This document shows positions 1 to 7,683 of a stretch of 49,221 bases of DNA, one piece after another (position 1 is the stretch's first letter; every line of letters begins with the position of its first letter). The stretch is from contig JBEKXF010000008.1 of NCBI GenBank assembly GCA_049512315.1, forward strand, positions 62,001 through 111,221. The letters run 5' to 3'. Origin of the DNA: Candidatus Aminicenantales bacterium (GTDB lineage: Bacteria > Acidobacteriota > Aminicenantia > Aminicenantales > Saccharicenantaceae). A model generated the notes under the pieces. It made no database searches. It worked only from the letters and a program-made list of their open reading frames with translations, and had not been told where the DNA came from. The position numbers were made by a program, and so were the translations under genes.

Positions 1-2
1 AC

Positions 3-356
3 ACCACAGAGACCGTCAAGATCCTCCGGGACAAGGGCATCGACGAGGCCATTATCCAGGCCGTCCAGGCCCATGCCGGCAAGGTGCCCTGCCTGACGCC
101 GATGGACTGGGCCATTTTTTCCATCGACCCTCTGACCGGGCTGATCATCGCCGCGACCCTGATGCATCCCGATAAAAAGCTCAAGGGGATCGACCTTGAG
201 TTCGTCAAGCGGCGCTACAAGGAGAAAAGCTTCGCCCGGGGAGCGCGGCGCGAGGAGATCGAACAGTGTGTCAACCTCGGCCTCGGCCTGGACGAGTTCA
301 TCTCCATCGCCATCGCGGCCATGCAGGGGATCGACCAGGACCTCGGCCTGGCCTAG
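3..356 (+). CDS. HD-domain (HDIG-type) metal-dependent hydrolase, 5'-partial
   Basis: Frame open from position 3 (TTETVKILRDKGIDEAIIQAVQAHAG...DPLTGLIIAATL...KSFARGARREEI), typical of the C-terminal half of this family; start lies outside the window. Confidence 0.8.
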   Translation, partial: TTETVKILRDKGIDEAIIQAVQAHAGKVPCLTPMDWAIFSIDPLTGLIIAATLMHPDKKLKGIDLEFVKRRYKEKSFARGARREEIEQCVNLGLGLDEFISIAIAAMQGIDQDLGLA

Positions 357-2311
357 AACAGCCCCGCTTTGAGCCCCACCTCAAGGAACCTCCCCCTCCA
401 GGGGAAGCCCAGTTCCGTGTAGAAATAGTGGTTGAAGACGTTGGTGACGCGGATGAAGGGCTCGAAATCCCCGACGGCATAGCTCAGGACGGCGTCGAGG
501 CTGAAATAACTGGGGATGGTCAGGAGCGCCGACGTGCTCGAGTTCCAGTACCATGACTCGGAAGCCAGGATGCCGGTCAGGCCGAGGCGCAGGCGGCTCA
601 GGGCCCTGAATCCTACCTCGAACGTCCCGTTATGCTTCGGGAGGGCATCGAGCGGCCGGTTGTCCGTCTCGTCCCTGTGGTCGAGGAATGTATAGTTCAG
701 CAGGGTGTCGAGCCCGAACCCTCCGCAGGTCCATGCCCTCTGGGCCTGGAGCTCGAAGCCGTTGATCCGGGCTTTGTTGATGTTGTAATACCGCCGCGTT
801 CCGTCGGGCAGCAGGACTGTATTGATGAAGTCGCGGAGCGTGTTCAGGAAGAACGACCCGGTCAGGAAGAATCCCTTGTTGTAGGTCGCCGAGAGCTCAA
901 AACTCCGGCCGAACTCGCTCTTGAGGTCGGGGTTCCCGCTCGAAAAGGAATAGAGCGACCGCATCGAGGGGAACTTGGATTTCGTGGCATAGGAGATATG
1001 GATGTCCAGGGCGTCGATCGGCGAATACTTGAGGCCCACCAGGGGATTGACCTTCGTCGTCGTCCCGCCGATGAACTTGCGGAGGCTGTCGACGCTGGCG
1101 CCCACGATGAGCTTCCAGTCCTCGAGGAAGCTGATGTGGTCCTCGAGCCCGACCGAGAACATCTTCTGCTGGTACCCGTACCAGGGCAGGGCCGTATCGT
1201 CTTGCTGGCGGGTCTTGTCGGCCTCATAATAGACGCTAGCCTTCAGGGAATTCCACGACGCCGGCGAGTACTCGCCGAGCCCGAAGAAACCATAGATGGG
1301 GTTATCATAGGTGCTCTCGGCCGAGAGGGCGGCCATCGAGCCGTTGGCGTACTGGTCCAGGACGTTGTAATAACTCACGTAGTAGCCCCGGAAGCGGACG
1401 AAGGCCTTGTCCCCGATCGATGTGTACCCGCCCGCGCTGACCGAGGTCCGGTCCCAGTCCTTGAAGCGCCAGTAGCGGGCCCGCCCGAAGAGGGTCGGTG
1501 GAATGCCGTAGGCCGAATGATAGCGATCGGCGTTGATCATGATCTCACTCGTGCTCGAGGGGTTGTAGATGACTTTGCCGCTCAGGTTGAACCGCTGGTA
1601 GTCGCTCAGGAGACGGTCCTGCTTGACGCCGGAGGGGTCCGTGTAGCGAAAGCCGCCGGAGTCCTGATAGAGGGCGGAGGCCACAACTCCCACCTTGCCG
1701 AGCTGGAGGGCCGTATCGGCCCCGGCGCCCCGGGTGTTCTGGTTGCCCATCGCCAGCGTGAGGTAGACCCTCGGGTCTGAGGTCGGGCGCCGGGTGATGA
1801 CATTGACGATCCCGCCCAGGGTGTTCGGGCCGTAGAGGACCGAGGACGGGCCCTTGGTGATCTGCATGGACTGGACGCCGCCCGTGGAGACGGTCTTGAG
1901 GTCGAAGGTCCCGAAATAGGGCTCGACGATGGGGACCCCGTCGACGAGCAGGGCGATCCGCCCCGAGTCGATCCCGCGGAGCTTCAGGGTGTATTCACCT
2001 TTCCCCCCGAGGGTGACCGTAGCTCCCGGGGCGTAATTAAGGACCTCCGACAGGTCCAGGGGCCTCAGCTGCTGGATGGTCGTGGCTTCGATCGTGGTGA
2101 CGGTCGCCAACGGTATTTCCCGGGGCGCCTTGCCGATGACCTGGATCTCTTCCGTGATCCTGACCGGCTTTTCCTGTTCTTTTTCCTGCTCTTTTTTCGT
2201 CTTCTCCGGGGTTTGTTCCTGGCCGGCGAGGACGATCGGGCTCAGGCAGAGCCCGAAAGCGACCAGGACCAAAGCGAGGATCGCGAGGGGGGAGGAAACC
2301 GGACGCTTCAT
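353..2311 (-). CDS. TonB-dependent outer-membrane receptor (metal-chelate/cofactor type)
   Basis: Signal peptide, TonB-box-like EEIQVIG, plug motif GPSSVLYGPNTLGGIVNVIT, GNPDLKSE barrel motif, C-terminal Phe; SD AAGGAG. Confidence 0.92.
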   Translation of the reverse strand: MKRPVSSPLAILALVLVAFGLCLSPIVLAGQEQTPEKTKKEQEKEQEKPVRITEEIQVIGKAPREIPLATVTTIEATTIQQLRPLDLSEVLNYAPGATVTLGGKGEYTLKLRGIDSGRIALLVDGVPIVEPYFGTFDLKTVSTGGVQSMQITKGPSSVLYGPNTLGGIVNVITRRPTSDPRVYLTLAMGNQNTRGAGADTALQLGKVGVVASALYQDSGGFRYTDPSGVKQDRLLSDYQRFNLSGKVIYNPSSTSEIMINADRYHSAYGIPPTLFGRARYWRFKDWDRTSVSAGGYTSIGDKAFVRFRGYYVSYYNVLDQYANGSMAALSAESTYDNPIYGFFGLGEYSPASWNSLKASVYYEADKTRQQDDTALPWYGYQQKMFSVGLEDHISFLEDWKLIVGASVDSLRKFIGGTTTKVNPLVGLKYSPIDALDIHISYATKSKFPSMRSLYSFSSGNPDLKSEFGRSFELSATYNKGFFLTGSFFLNTLRDFINTVLLPDGTRRYYNINKARINGFELQAQRAWTCGGFGLDTLLNYTFLDHRDETDNRPLDALPKHNGTFEVGFRALSRLRLGLTGILASESWYWNSSTSALLTIPSYFSLDAVLSYAVGDFEPFIRVTNVFNHYFYTELGFPWRGRFLEVGLKAGLF

Positions 2312-2315
2312 GACG

Positions 2316-2414
2316 TTCTCCTTTTCGAGAAGGGGAGGAAAAACCGTTTCCCGTTTTTCCCTATCGGTCGGAGGGCGTGGCCACTGAGGGCGTTAGCGCC
2401 TCGGACTCGGAGAC
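2316..2414 (-). ncRNA. Moco/Tuco RNA motif (molybdenum/tungsten-cofactor riboswitch candidate)
   Basis: Minus strand reads UCUCCGAG...CUAA...GAUAGGG-AAAAACGG-GAAA-CGGUUUUU-CCUCCC...GAAAAGGAGA: conserved Moco-motif blocks, a GAAA-tetraloop stem, and a P1 (UCUCC/GGAGA) that covers the receptor's SD. Confidence 0.78.
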
Positions 2415-2421
2415 GCGGCGT

Positions 2422-2450
2422 ATCATAGCAAGAGTTTGGGACCAGGTCAA
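2422..2450 (-). promoter_or_regulatory. sigma70-type promoter for riboswitch + TonB receptor
   Basis: TTGACC-N17-TATGAT with extended TG, directly upstream of the RNA motif. Confidence 0.75.
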
Positions 2451-2512
2451 CTTTATTCCGTGCCGGACCCGGCCTTCTCAGCCCCGGACAATACGTCCGG
2501 CCCGAGCCCGGG

Positions 2513-3928
2513 CTATTTCGCCGGCCGCACCTGGAGCTTGCTGTGGCGGACGCCGTAGAGGAAGTAGATCAGGAGCCCGACCAAGAGCCAGACGCCGAAG
2601 CGGATCCAGGTGATCTTCGGCAGGCTGTACATCAGGTAGAAGCAGAAGGCGACCGTGACGAGCGGGGTGAAAGGGACGCCCGGCGTCCTGAACTTCCGCT
2701 CGACCTCGGGCCGCGTCTTCCTCAGGACAATGACGCCCACGGAGACGAGGACGAAGGCGAAGAGAGTCCCGATGTTGCAGAGGTCGATGATCATCGGCAG
2801 CGGGAAGAGGCCGGCGATGACCGCCGTCGCGACGCCCGTGATCCAGGTGCAGATGTGGGGCGTCTTGTGCACCGGATGGACCCTGGAGAACCCGGCGGGC
2901 AGGAGCCCGTCGCGGGCCATGACCATGAAAATCCGGATCTGGCCGTAGAGGGTGACGAGCAGGGTCGAGATCATGCCGATGATGGCTCCCGTGGCGACAA
3001 TCGCCCCTCCCCACTGAATCCCGATCCGGGCCAGAGCGGCCGGCAGCGCGTTGCCGACGTCGATCAGTTTGTAGGGGACGATCCCCGTCAGGACGAAGGC
3101 CACCGAGACATAGAGGATGATGACGACGCCCAGGCAGAGCATGAGGCCCAGGGGGACGTCCTTTTTAGGGTTCTTGGTTTCCTCGGCCGCCGTGGAGACC
3201 GCGTCGAAGCCGATATAGGCGAAGAAGATGATGGCCGCCCCGGCCATGATGCCCTTCCAGCCGAACGGCATCATGGGTTGGAGGTTGGAGAGGCTCACGT
3301 GCCGGACGCCGAGGAAGACGAAGAGCAGGATGACGATGATCTTGACGAGGACGATGATATTGTTGATCTTGGCGCTCTCCTTGATCCCGATGTAGAGGAT
3401 CCAGGTGATGAGCAGGGTGATGACGATGGCCGGAACGTCCACGACGCCGCCCGAGAGGACGATCTTGCCGGCGGCATTGGTGGTGATGGGCGGCGTGAGC
3501 AGGGCCTTCGGCAGTTTGACGCCGGCGCTCTGGATGAGCCCGATGAACGTCGTCGACCAGCCCGAGGCCACGGCGCTCGCGGCGACCAGGTATTCGAGCA
3601 TCAGGTCCCAGCCGATGATCCAGGCGATGACCTCGCCGAAAGCGACGTAGGAATAGGAGTAGGTGCTGCCCGCGACCGGGAACATGCAGGCGAGCTCGGA
3701 ATAAGTCAGGGCGCAGAACCCGCAGGTGACGGCGGCGATGATGAACGACAGGAGGACGCCCGGGCCCGCCAGCTGGGCCCCCTGGCCCGTGGCGACGAAG
3801 ATGCCCGTCCCGACGACCGATCCGATGCCCAGGGCGGCCAGGTCGATCGCCCTCAGGTTCTTCTTGAGTTGCGAGTGCTCCGAGGCCTCGTCGATCTGCG
3901 CCGGGGTTTTGGTGATCCAGATATTCAT
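2513..3928 (-). CDS. APC-superfamily amino acid permease
   Basis: GIGSVVGTGIF, GSTYSYSY and FFAYIGFDAVSTAAEE motifs; many TM helices. Confidence 0.95.
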   Translation of the reverse strand: MNIWITKTPAQIDEASEHSQLKKNLRAIDLAALGIGSVVGTGIFVATGQGAQLAGPGVLLSFIIAAVTCGFCALTYSELACMFPVAGSTYSYSYVAFGEVIAWIIGWDLMLEYLVAASAVASGWSTTFIGLIQSAGVKLPKALLTPPITTNAAGKIVLSGGVVDVPAIVITLLITWILYIGIKESAKINNIIVLVKIIVILLFVFLGVRHVSLSNLQPMMPFGWKGIMAGAAIIFFAYIGFDAVSTAAEETKNPKKDVPLGLMLCLGVVIILYVSVAFVLTGIVPYKLIDVGNALPAALARIGIQWGGAIVATGAIIGMISTLLVTLYGQIRIFMVMARDGLLPAGFSRVHPVHKTPHICTWITGVATAVIAGLFPLPMIIDLCNIGTLFAFVLVSVGVIVLRKTRPEVERKFRTPGVPFTPLVTVAFCFYLMYSLPKITWIRFGVWLLVGLLIYFLYGVRHSKLQVRPAK

Positions 3929-4010
3929 GATGGACCTCTTTGCGGATGGGATGGTCTTGGGGCCATGAAACGGGGATTATATCGAAACGCCGGAATAATT
4001 CAAACCGTTT

Positions 4011-4039
4011 TTGACTTGCTCCCGGCCGTATGCTATAAA
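4011..4039 (+). promoter_or_regulatory. sigma70-type promoter of mobB-thiF-ppnP
   Basis: TTGACT-N17-TATAAA with extended TG. Confidence 0.7.
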
Positions 4040-4077
4040 TTGCGCGGACAAACAATCGGAAACAGGGTGCGGACAGG

Positions 4078-4746
4078 ATGAGGATCGTCGCCGCCGTGGG
4101 TCTTTCCGAGACGGGGAAGACCCTTCTTCTCACCGGGCTCATCAGCGAGTTCAAGCGGAGGGGTCTGCGGACGTTCGCCGTCAAGCACTGCGCCCACGGG
4201 TTCATGCTGGACACGGAGGGCAAGGACACCTGGAAGTACGCCCGGGCGGGGGCCGACGGGGTGGCCATGGTCTCGTCCGAGGAGTGGGCCGTCCTTCAAC
4301 GGGCGAGGGACGTCGGCCTGCGGGCCCTGGCCGGAAAGGCGTTCGACGGAGCGGACATCGTCCTCCTCGAAGGCGGGAAAGAGGCGCGCGGGATCAGGAA
4401 GATCGAAGTCCTGCGCTCCGGCGTCTCTGACATCGTCCAGACGCCTCCGGACGAGCTCCTGGCCGTCGTCTCGGACCGCGGCGCCCCGCCGGGGACGGCC
4501 GTCCCCGTTTTCACGCTGTCGCAGACGGCCGAGATCTGCGACCTGATCCTGTCCCAGGGGGAGGACGCGATGCCGGAAATCAAGCTGGAAGTGGATGGCC
4601 GGGAAGTCATCCTGAATCCGTTCGTCCGGACCTTCATCGAGAGAACGGTCCTGGGCATGGTCACGTCCCTGAGCGGAATCGACCCGGACCCGAGAAAGAT
4701 CTCTCTCGTCATCGACCGGGACGGGCCGTCCCCGAAGAAACCCTGA
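4078..4746 (+). CDS. mobB: Molybdopterin-guanine dinucleotide biosynthesis protein B with C-terminal extension
   Basis: P-loop GLSETGKT, VKHCAHGF.LD.EGKDTWKY..AGA, DIVLLEG; C-terminal LEVDGREVILNPFV domain. Confidence 0.88.
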   Translation: MRIVAAVGLSETGKTLLLTGLISEFKRRGLRTFAVKHCAHGFMLDTEGKDTWKYARAGADGVAMVSSEEWAVLQRARDVGLRALAGKAFDGADIVLLEGGKEARGIRKIEVLRSGVSDIVQTPPDELLAVVSDRGAPPGTAVPVFTLSQTAEICDLILSQGEDAMPEIKLEVDGREVILNPFVRTFIERTVLGMVTSLSGIDPDPRKISLVIDRDGPSPKKP

Positions 4747-4770
4747 GGACGGCCTTCGGAGGAGGGCGCC

Positions 4771-5418
4771 GTGACGGAATCGTCTCTCAAGTTCGCCAAG
4801 GATTATTTTTCGCGGCGGGACCCCGCCGTCCTGGACATCCTCCGCCGGAGCTCGGTCGGGATTGCGGGGGCCGGGGGGCTGGGGTCCAACGTGGCGATCT
4901 CGCTGGCCCGGGCCGGGGTCGGCCGCCTCGTGATCGCCGACTTCGATCGGATCGAGCCCTCGAATCTCAACCGGCAGCAGTATTACGTCGACCAGGTCGG
5001 ACGGGTCAAGGTCGAGGCCCTCATGGAGAACCTCCTCAGGGTCAACCCGTTCTCCGTCTATGAAATCCACAACGTCAGGATCACCCGGAGAAACGCGGCC
5101 GGGATCTTCCGCTCGGTCGACGTCCTGGTCGAGGCCTTCGACAAGGCCGGGGCCAAGGAGATGCTGATCGAGGCCTGCCTCGGCCGCTTCCCGGGCCGGC
5201 CGATTGTGGCGGCTTCGGGCCTCGCGGGGTACGGGAAAAACCGGAAGCTCCGGGCCCGCCGGCTGGGGAACCTCTATATCTGCGGCGACGAGGAAAGCCA
5301 GTGCCCGGCAGGCGTCAGTCCGATGGCGCCGCGGGTAGGCATTGTCGCTAACATGCAGGCCAACCTGGTCGTGGAACTGCTTGTCAAAATGAGAGGTCAT
5401 CATGTTCAAGGTCAATGA
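4771..5418 (+). CDS. thiF: Sulfur-carrier protein adenylyltransferase (ThiF/MoeB/E1 family)
   Basis: [29 protein letters not shown]-terminus [14 protein letters not shown] of short ThiF proteins. Confidence 0.85.
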   Translation: MTESSLKFAKDYFSRRDPAVLDILRRSSVGIAGAGGLGSNVAISLARAGVGRLVIADFDRIEPSNLNRQQYYVDQVGRVKVEALMENLLRVNPFSVYEIHNVRITRRNAAGIFRSVDVLVEAFDKAGAKEMLIEACLGRFPGRPIVAASGLAGYGKNRKLRARRLGNLYICGDEESQCPAGVSPMAPRVGIVANMQANLVVELLVKMRGHHVQGQ

Positions 5419-5683
5419 GTATTTCGACGGCAAGGTCAAGTCGCTGGCTTTCGAGACAGCCGAGGGCCCGGCGACGATCGGCGTCATGGCCCCGGGTGAG
5501 TACGAATTCGGGACCTCGACGGTCGAGATCATGACGGTCATCACAGGCAAGCTCACGGTCAAGCTGCCGGGAAGCGACGCCTGGAAGGACTACGGCCCCG
5601 GAGCCAGCTTCACGGTCGAGGCCAAGGAAAAATTCCAGCTCAAGGTCGCGGCCGACACGTCTTACCTCTGCCTCTATCGCTAG
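5402..5683 (+). CDS. ppnP: Pyrimidine/purine nucleoside phosphorylase (YaiE-type cupin)
   Basis: [17 protein letters not shown]...[15 protein letters not shown]...YLCLY. Confidence 0.93.
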   Translation: MFKVNEYFDGKVKSLAFETAEGPATIGVMAPGEYEFGTSTVEIMTVITGKLTVKLPGSDAWKDYGPGASFTVEAKEKFQLKVAADTSYLCLYR

Positions 5684-5710
5684 GACAAAAAAAGGGACGC
5701 TCAGGAGGAT

Positions 5711-5806
5711 TCAGTATCTCCAGCCCATGACCGCCCGGGCGAAGATGTTCATGAGGATGGGGACGATCTAGATCAGCGCAACCGCCAGGATCCGCTTCGG
5801 AAGCCG
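5711..5806 (-). pseudogene. Remnant 3' end of a membrane-protein gene
   Basis: Reads RLPKRILAVALI*IVPILMNIFARAVMGWRY* with host-typical codons and an in-frame TAG at 5768-5770. Confidence 0.4.
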
Positions 5807-5829
5807 GAGAATAATAAAAATGTCCCCTT

Positions 5830-7410
5830 TTAGAGGCTTTTCTGCGTCCAGTCGCCATCGATCAGCCGCCACATTTTTCCAGTGGGGTTTTCGTCGCGCA
5901 ATTCCACGGGCAGACGGCCCGGTCGCACGTGATCGTAGCACTGAAGGGCGGCGAACCTGAGGATCGAGGCCGGAAAACCAACCGCAGTGAACCCCGGGTG
6001 CCCGGTGGCGGGGTAGGGGCCGCCGTGGTTCATGGCTGGCGAGACGGCGACGCCCGTGGGCATCCGGTCGTTCAGCAGCCGGCCGGACTTCCGCCGGAGA
6101 AAGGGCTCGATCGCATCATGGACGGCGTCATCATGGCCGCCGCTGTGGCTATAAATCGTCGCCGTCAGCTGACCTTCCAGGCTGGACGCGATCTCCTTTA
6201 ACTCGCCGATGTCCCGCGCCAGGACGATCAAGGACAGGGTTCCGAAGGATTCGACCTGGAAATACCTCGGGTTCCGGAGAAATCCGGCGCCTGAAAGGAG
6301 GAAAAGCGTAGGCTGGAACCTGAATCCCGGGCCGCCAGCTTCTCGCCCTCCTGTGACGAGCTCGGCTCCCGACCGGGCGAGCCGGGCCGAGGCCTCCTTG
6401 AGCCCTTCGAGGACTTGCGGCCCAAGGAGAATTCCAGGCTCCGAGCTCACGTACAAATCCTTCACCTGCCCGATCAAGGCTCGACTCCCGGGACTGTCGA
6501 CGAGAACCACGAGCCCCGGCCTCGTGCACATCTGACCCGAGCCGAGGAGGCAGGAATTGAAAAGCTCTCCGGCGATATCCGCCGCCCGTTCCTCGATCGC
6601 CCCAGGAAGAATGAAGACCGGGTTGGCGCTCGACATCTCGACGTAGATGGGTTTTCCCGCCCGGTCGGCGGCCTCCTTGAGCTTCATCCCGGCCGCGCGG
6701 CTGCCGGTGAACGCCGTCGCCCCCACGGAAGGATGAGACACGAGCCGCAGGCCCTCCTCTGCGGCGAAATGATAGAGAACCTGGACGGCCGCTCCGGGCA
6801 ATCCCGAAGCCTTGAGGGATTCGGGGGCCGCCCCGGCGAGGATCCGCGTTGTCCCGGGATGCCCCGGGTTCGCTTTGGCGATCACGGGGTTTCCGGCGGC
6901 CAGCGCGGCCGCAAAATCTCCGCCGGCGACGGCGTTGAAGGCGAAGGGAAAATTGTTCGGGCTGAAGATGATGACCGGGCCGCCGAGCGGGGCGTATTTC
7001 GAACGGATGTCGAGCTTCGTGTCGATGGTGGCCCGGCACCAGGAACGGTCACGGCAGGCCTGGGCCGCTTGACGGAGCTGATCGACCAGGCGGGGGAACT
7101 CCACGGACCTGAGACGCGGTTCAACCGGGAGGGCCGTTTCGAGATGGGCCATCGCCACGAGTTCCTCGCGGCGGCCATCGACCTTTTCGGCGAACGCCTC
7201 GAGAAACGCGGCGATCCGGTCCGGGCCGGCCCGGGCAAGCTCATCGACGGCCTGGGCCGCGGCTTCAAGAGCGTCCTTGATGTCCGTCCATGTGGAAATC
7301 GGGTAGGCGCCGGGAAGATGCTTCCCGGTCCCAGGGTCGATCGTACTGAAAGACCCGGCGGGATGGGAGGCCTGCCGCCATTCTCCGTCGATCAGGATTT
7401 CATGAATCAT
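5830..7410 (-). CDS. NAD(P)+-dependent aldehyde dehydrogenase (alpha-ketoglutarate semialdehyde dehydrogenase-like)
   Basis: PNNFPFAF, FTGS, EMSSANP, GQMCTRPG (catalytic Cys), HGGPYPAT; likely start ATG 7410, next to the moaD stop. Confidence 0.9.
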   Translation of the reverse strand: MIHEILIDGEWRQASHPAGSFSTIDPGTGKHLPGAYPISTWTDIKDALEAAAQAVDELARAGPDRIAAFLEAFAEKVDGRREELVAMAHLETALPVEPRLRSVEFPRLVDQLRQAAQACRDRSWCRATIDTKLDIRSKYAPLGGPVIIFSPNNFPFAFNAVAGGDFAAALAAGNPVIAKANPGHPGTTRILAGAAPESLKASGLPGAAVQVLYHFAAEEGLRLVSHPSVGATAFTGSRAAGMKLKEAADRAGKPIYVEMSSANPVFILPGAIEERAADIAGELFNSCLLGSGQMCTRPGLVVLVDSPGSRALIGQVKDLYVSSEPGILLGPQVLEGLKEASARLARSGAELVTGGREAGGPGFRFQPTLFLLSGAGFLRNPRYFQVESFGTLSLIVLARDIGELKEIASSLEGQLTATIYSHSGGHDDAVHDAIEPFLRRKSGRLLNDRMPTGVAVSPAMNHGGPYPATGHPGFTAVGFPASILRFAALQCYDHVRPGRLPVELRDENPTGKMWRLIDGDWTQKSL

Positions 7411-7411
7411 C

Positions 7412-7639
7412 TCATCCCCCCGAGTAGAGAGGAGAGATGACGATCCGGTCGCCCTCACGGACCTCTTCGCCCGGGGCGACGGCCCGGCCGTTCCGGGTGA
7501 CGATCCGAGGCCGGGCTTTGTCGATGCCCACCAGAGCCAGGAGCCCCTCGACCGTCGACGACAGGGCGACCTCCATCTCCTTTTCGCTGAAGCCGAGCTG
7601 GTTGACGAACGGCCCGATCAGCTTGACGGTGATCTTCAT
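7412..7639 (-). CDS. MoaD/ThiS-family ubiquitin-like sulfur carrier
   Basis: 75 aa ending EGDRIVISPLYSGG (C-terminal GG); directly after aor. Confidence 0.9.
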   Translation of the reverse strand: MKITVKLIGPFVNQLGFSEKEMEVALSSTVEGLLALVGIDKARPRIVTRNGRAVAPGEEVREGDRIVISPLYSGG

Positions 7640-7683
7640 CGCTCTCTCCCGGGATGACCCTCGGGCTCTTCCCCGTCGCGATC

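Noticed and set aside
2316..2414. Cobalamin riboswitch upstream of a BtuB-like receptor
   Set aside because: Too short and lacks the cobalamin-riboswitch architecture and B12 box in the expected order; blocks and P1/SD pairing fit the Moco motif better
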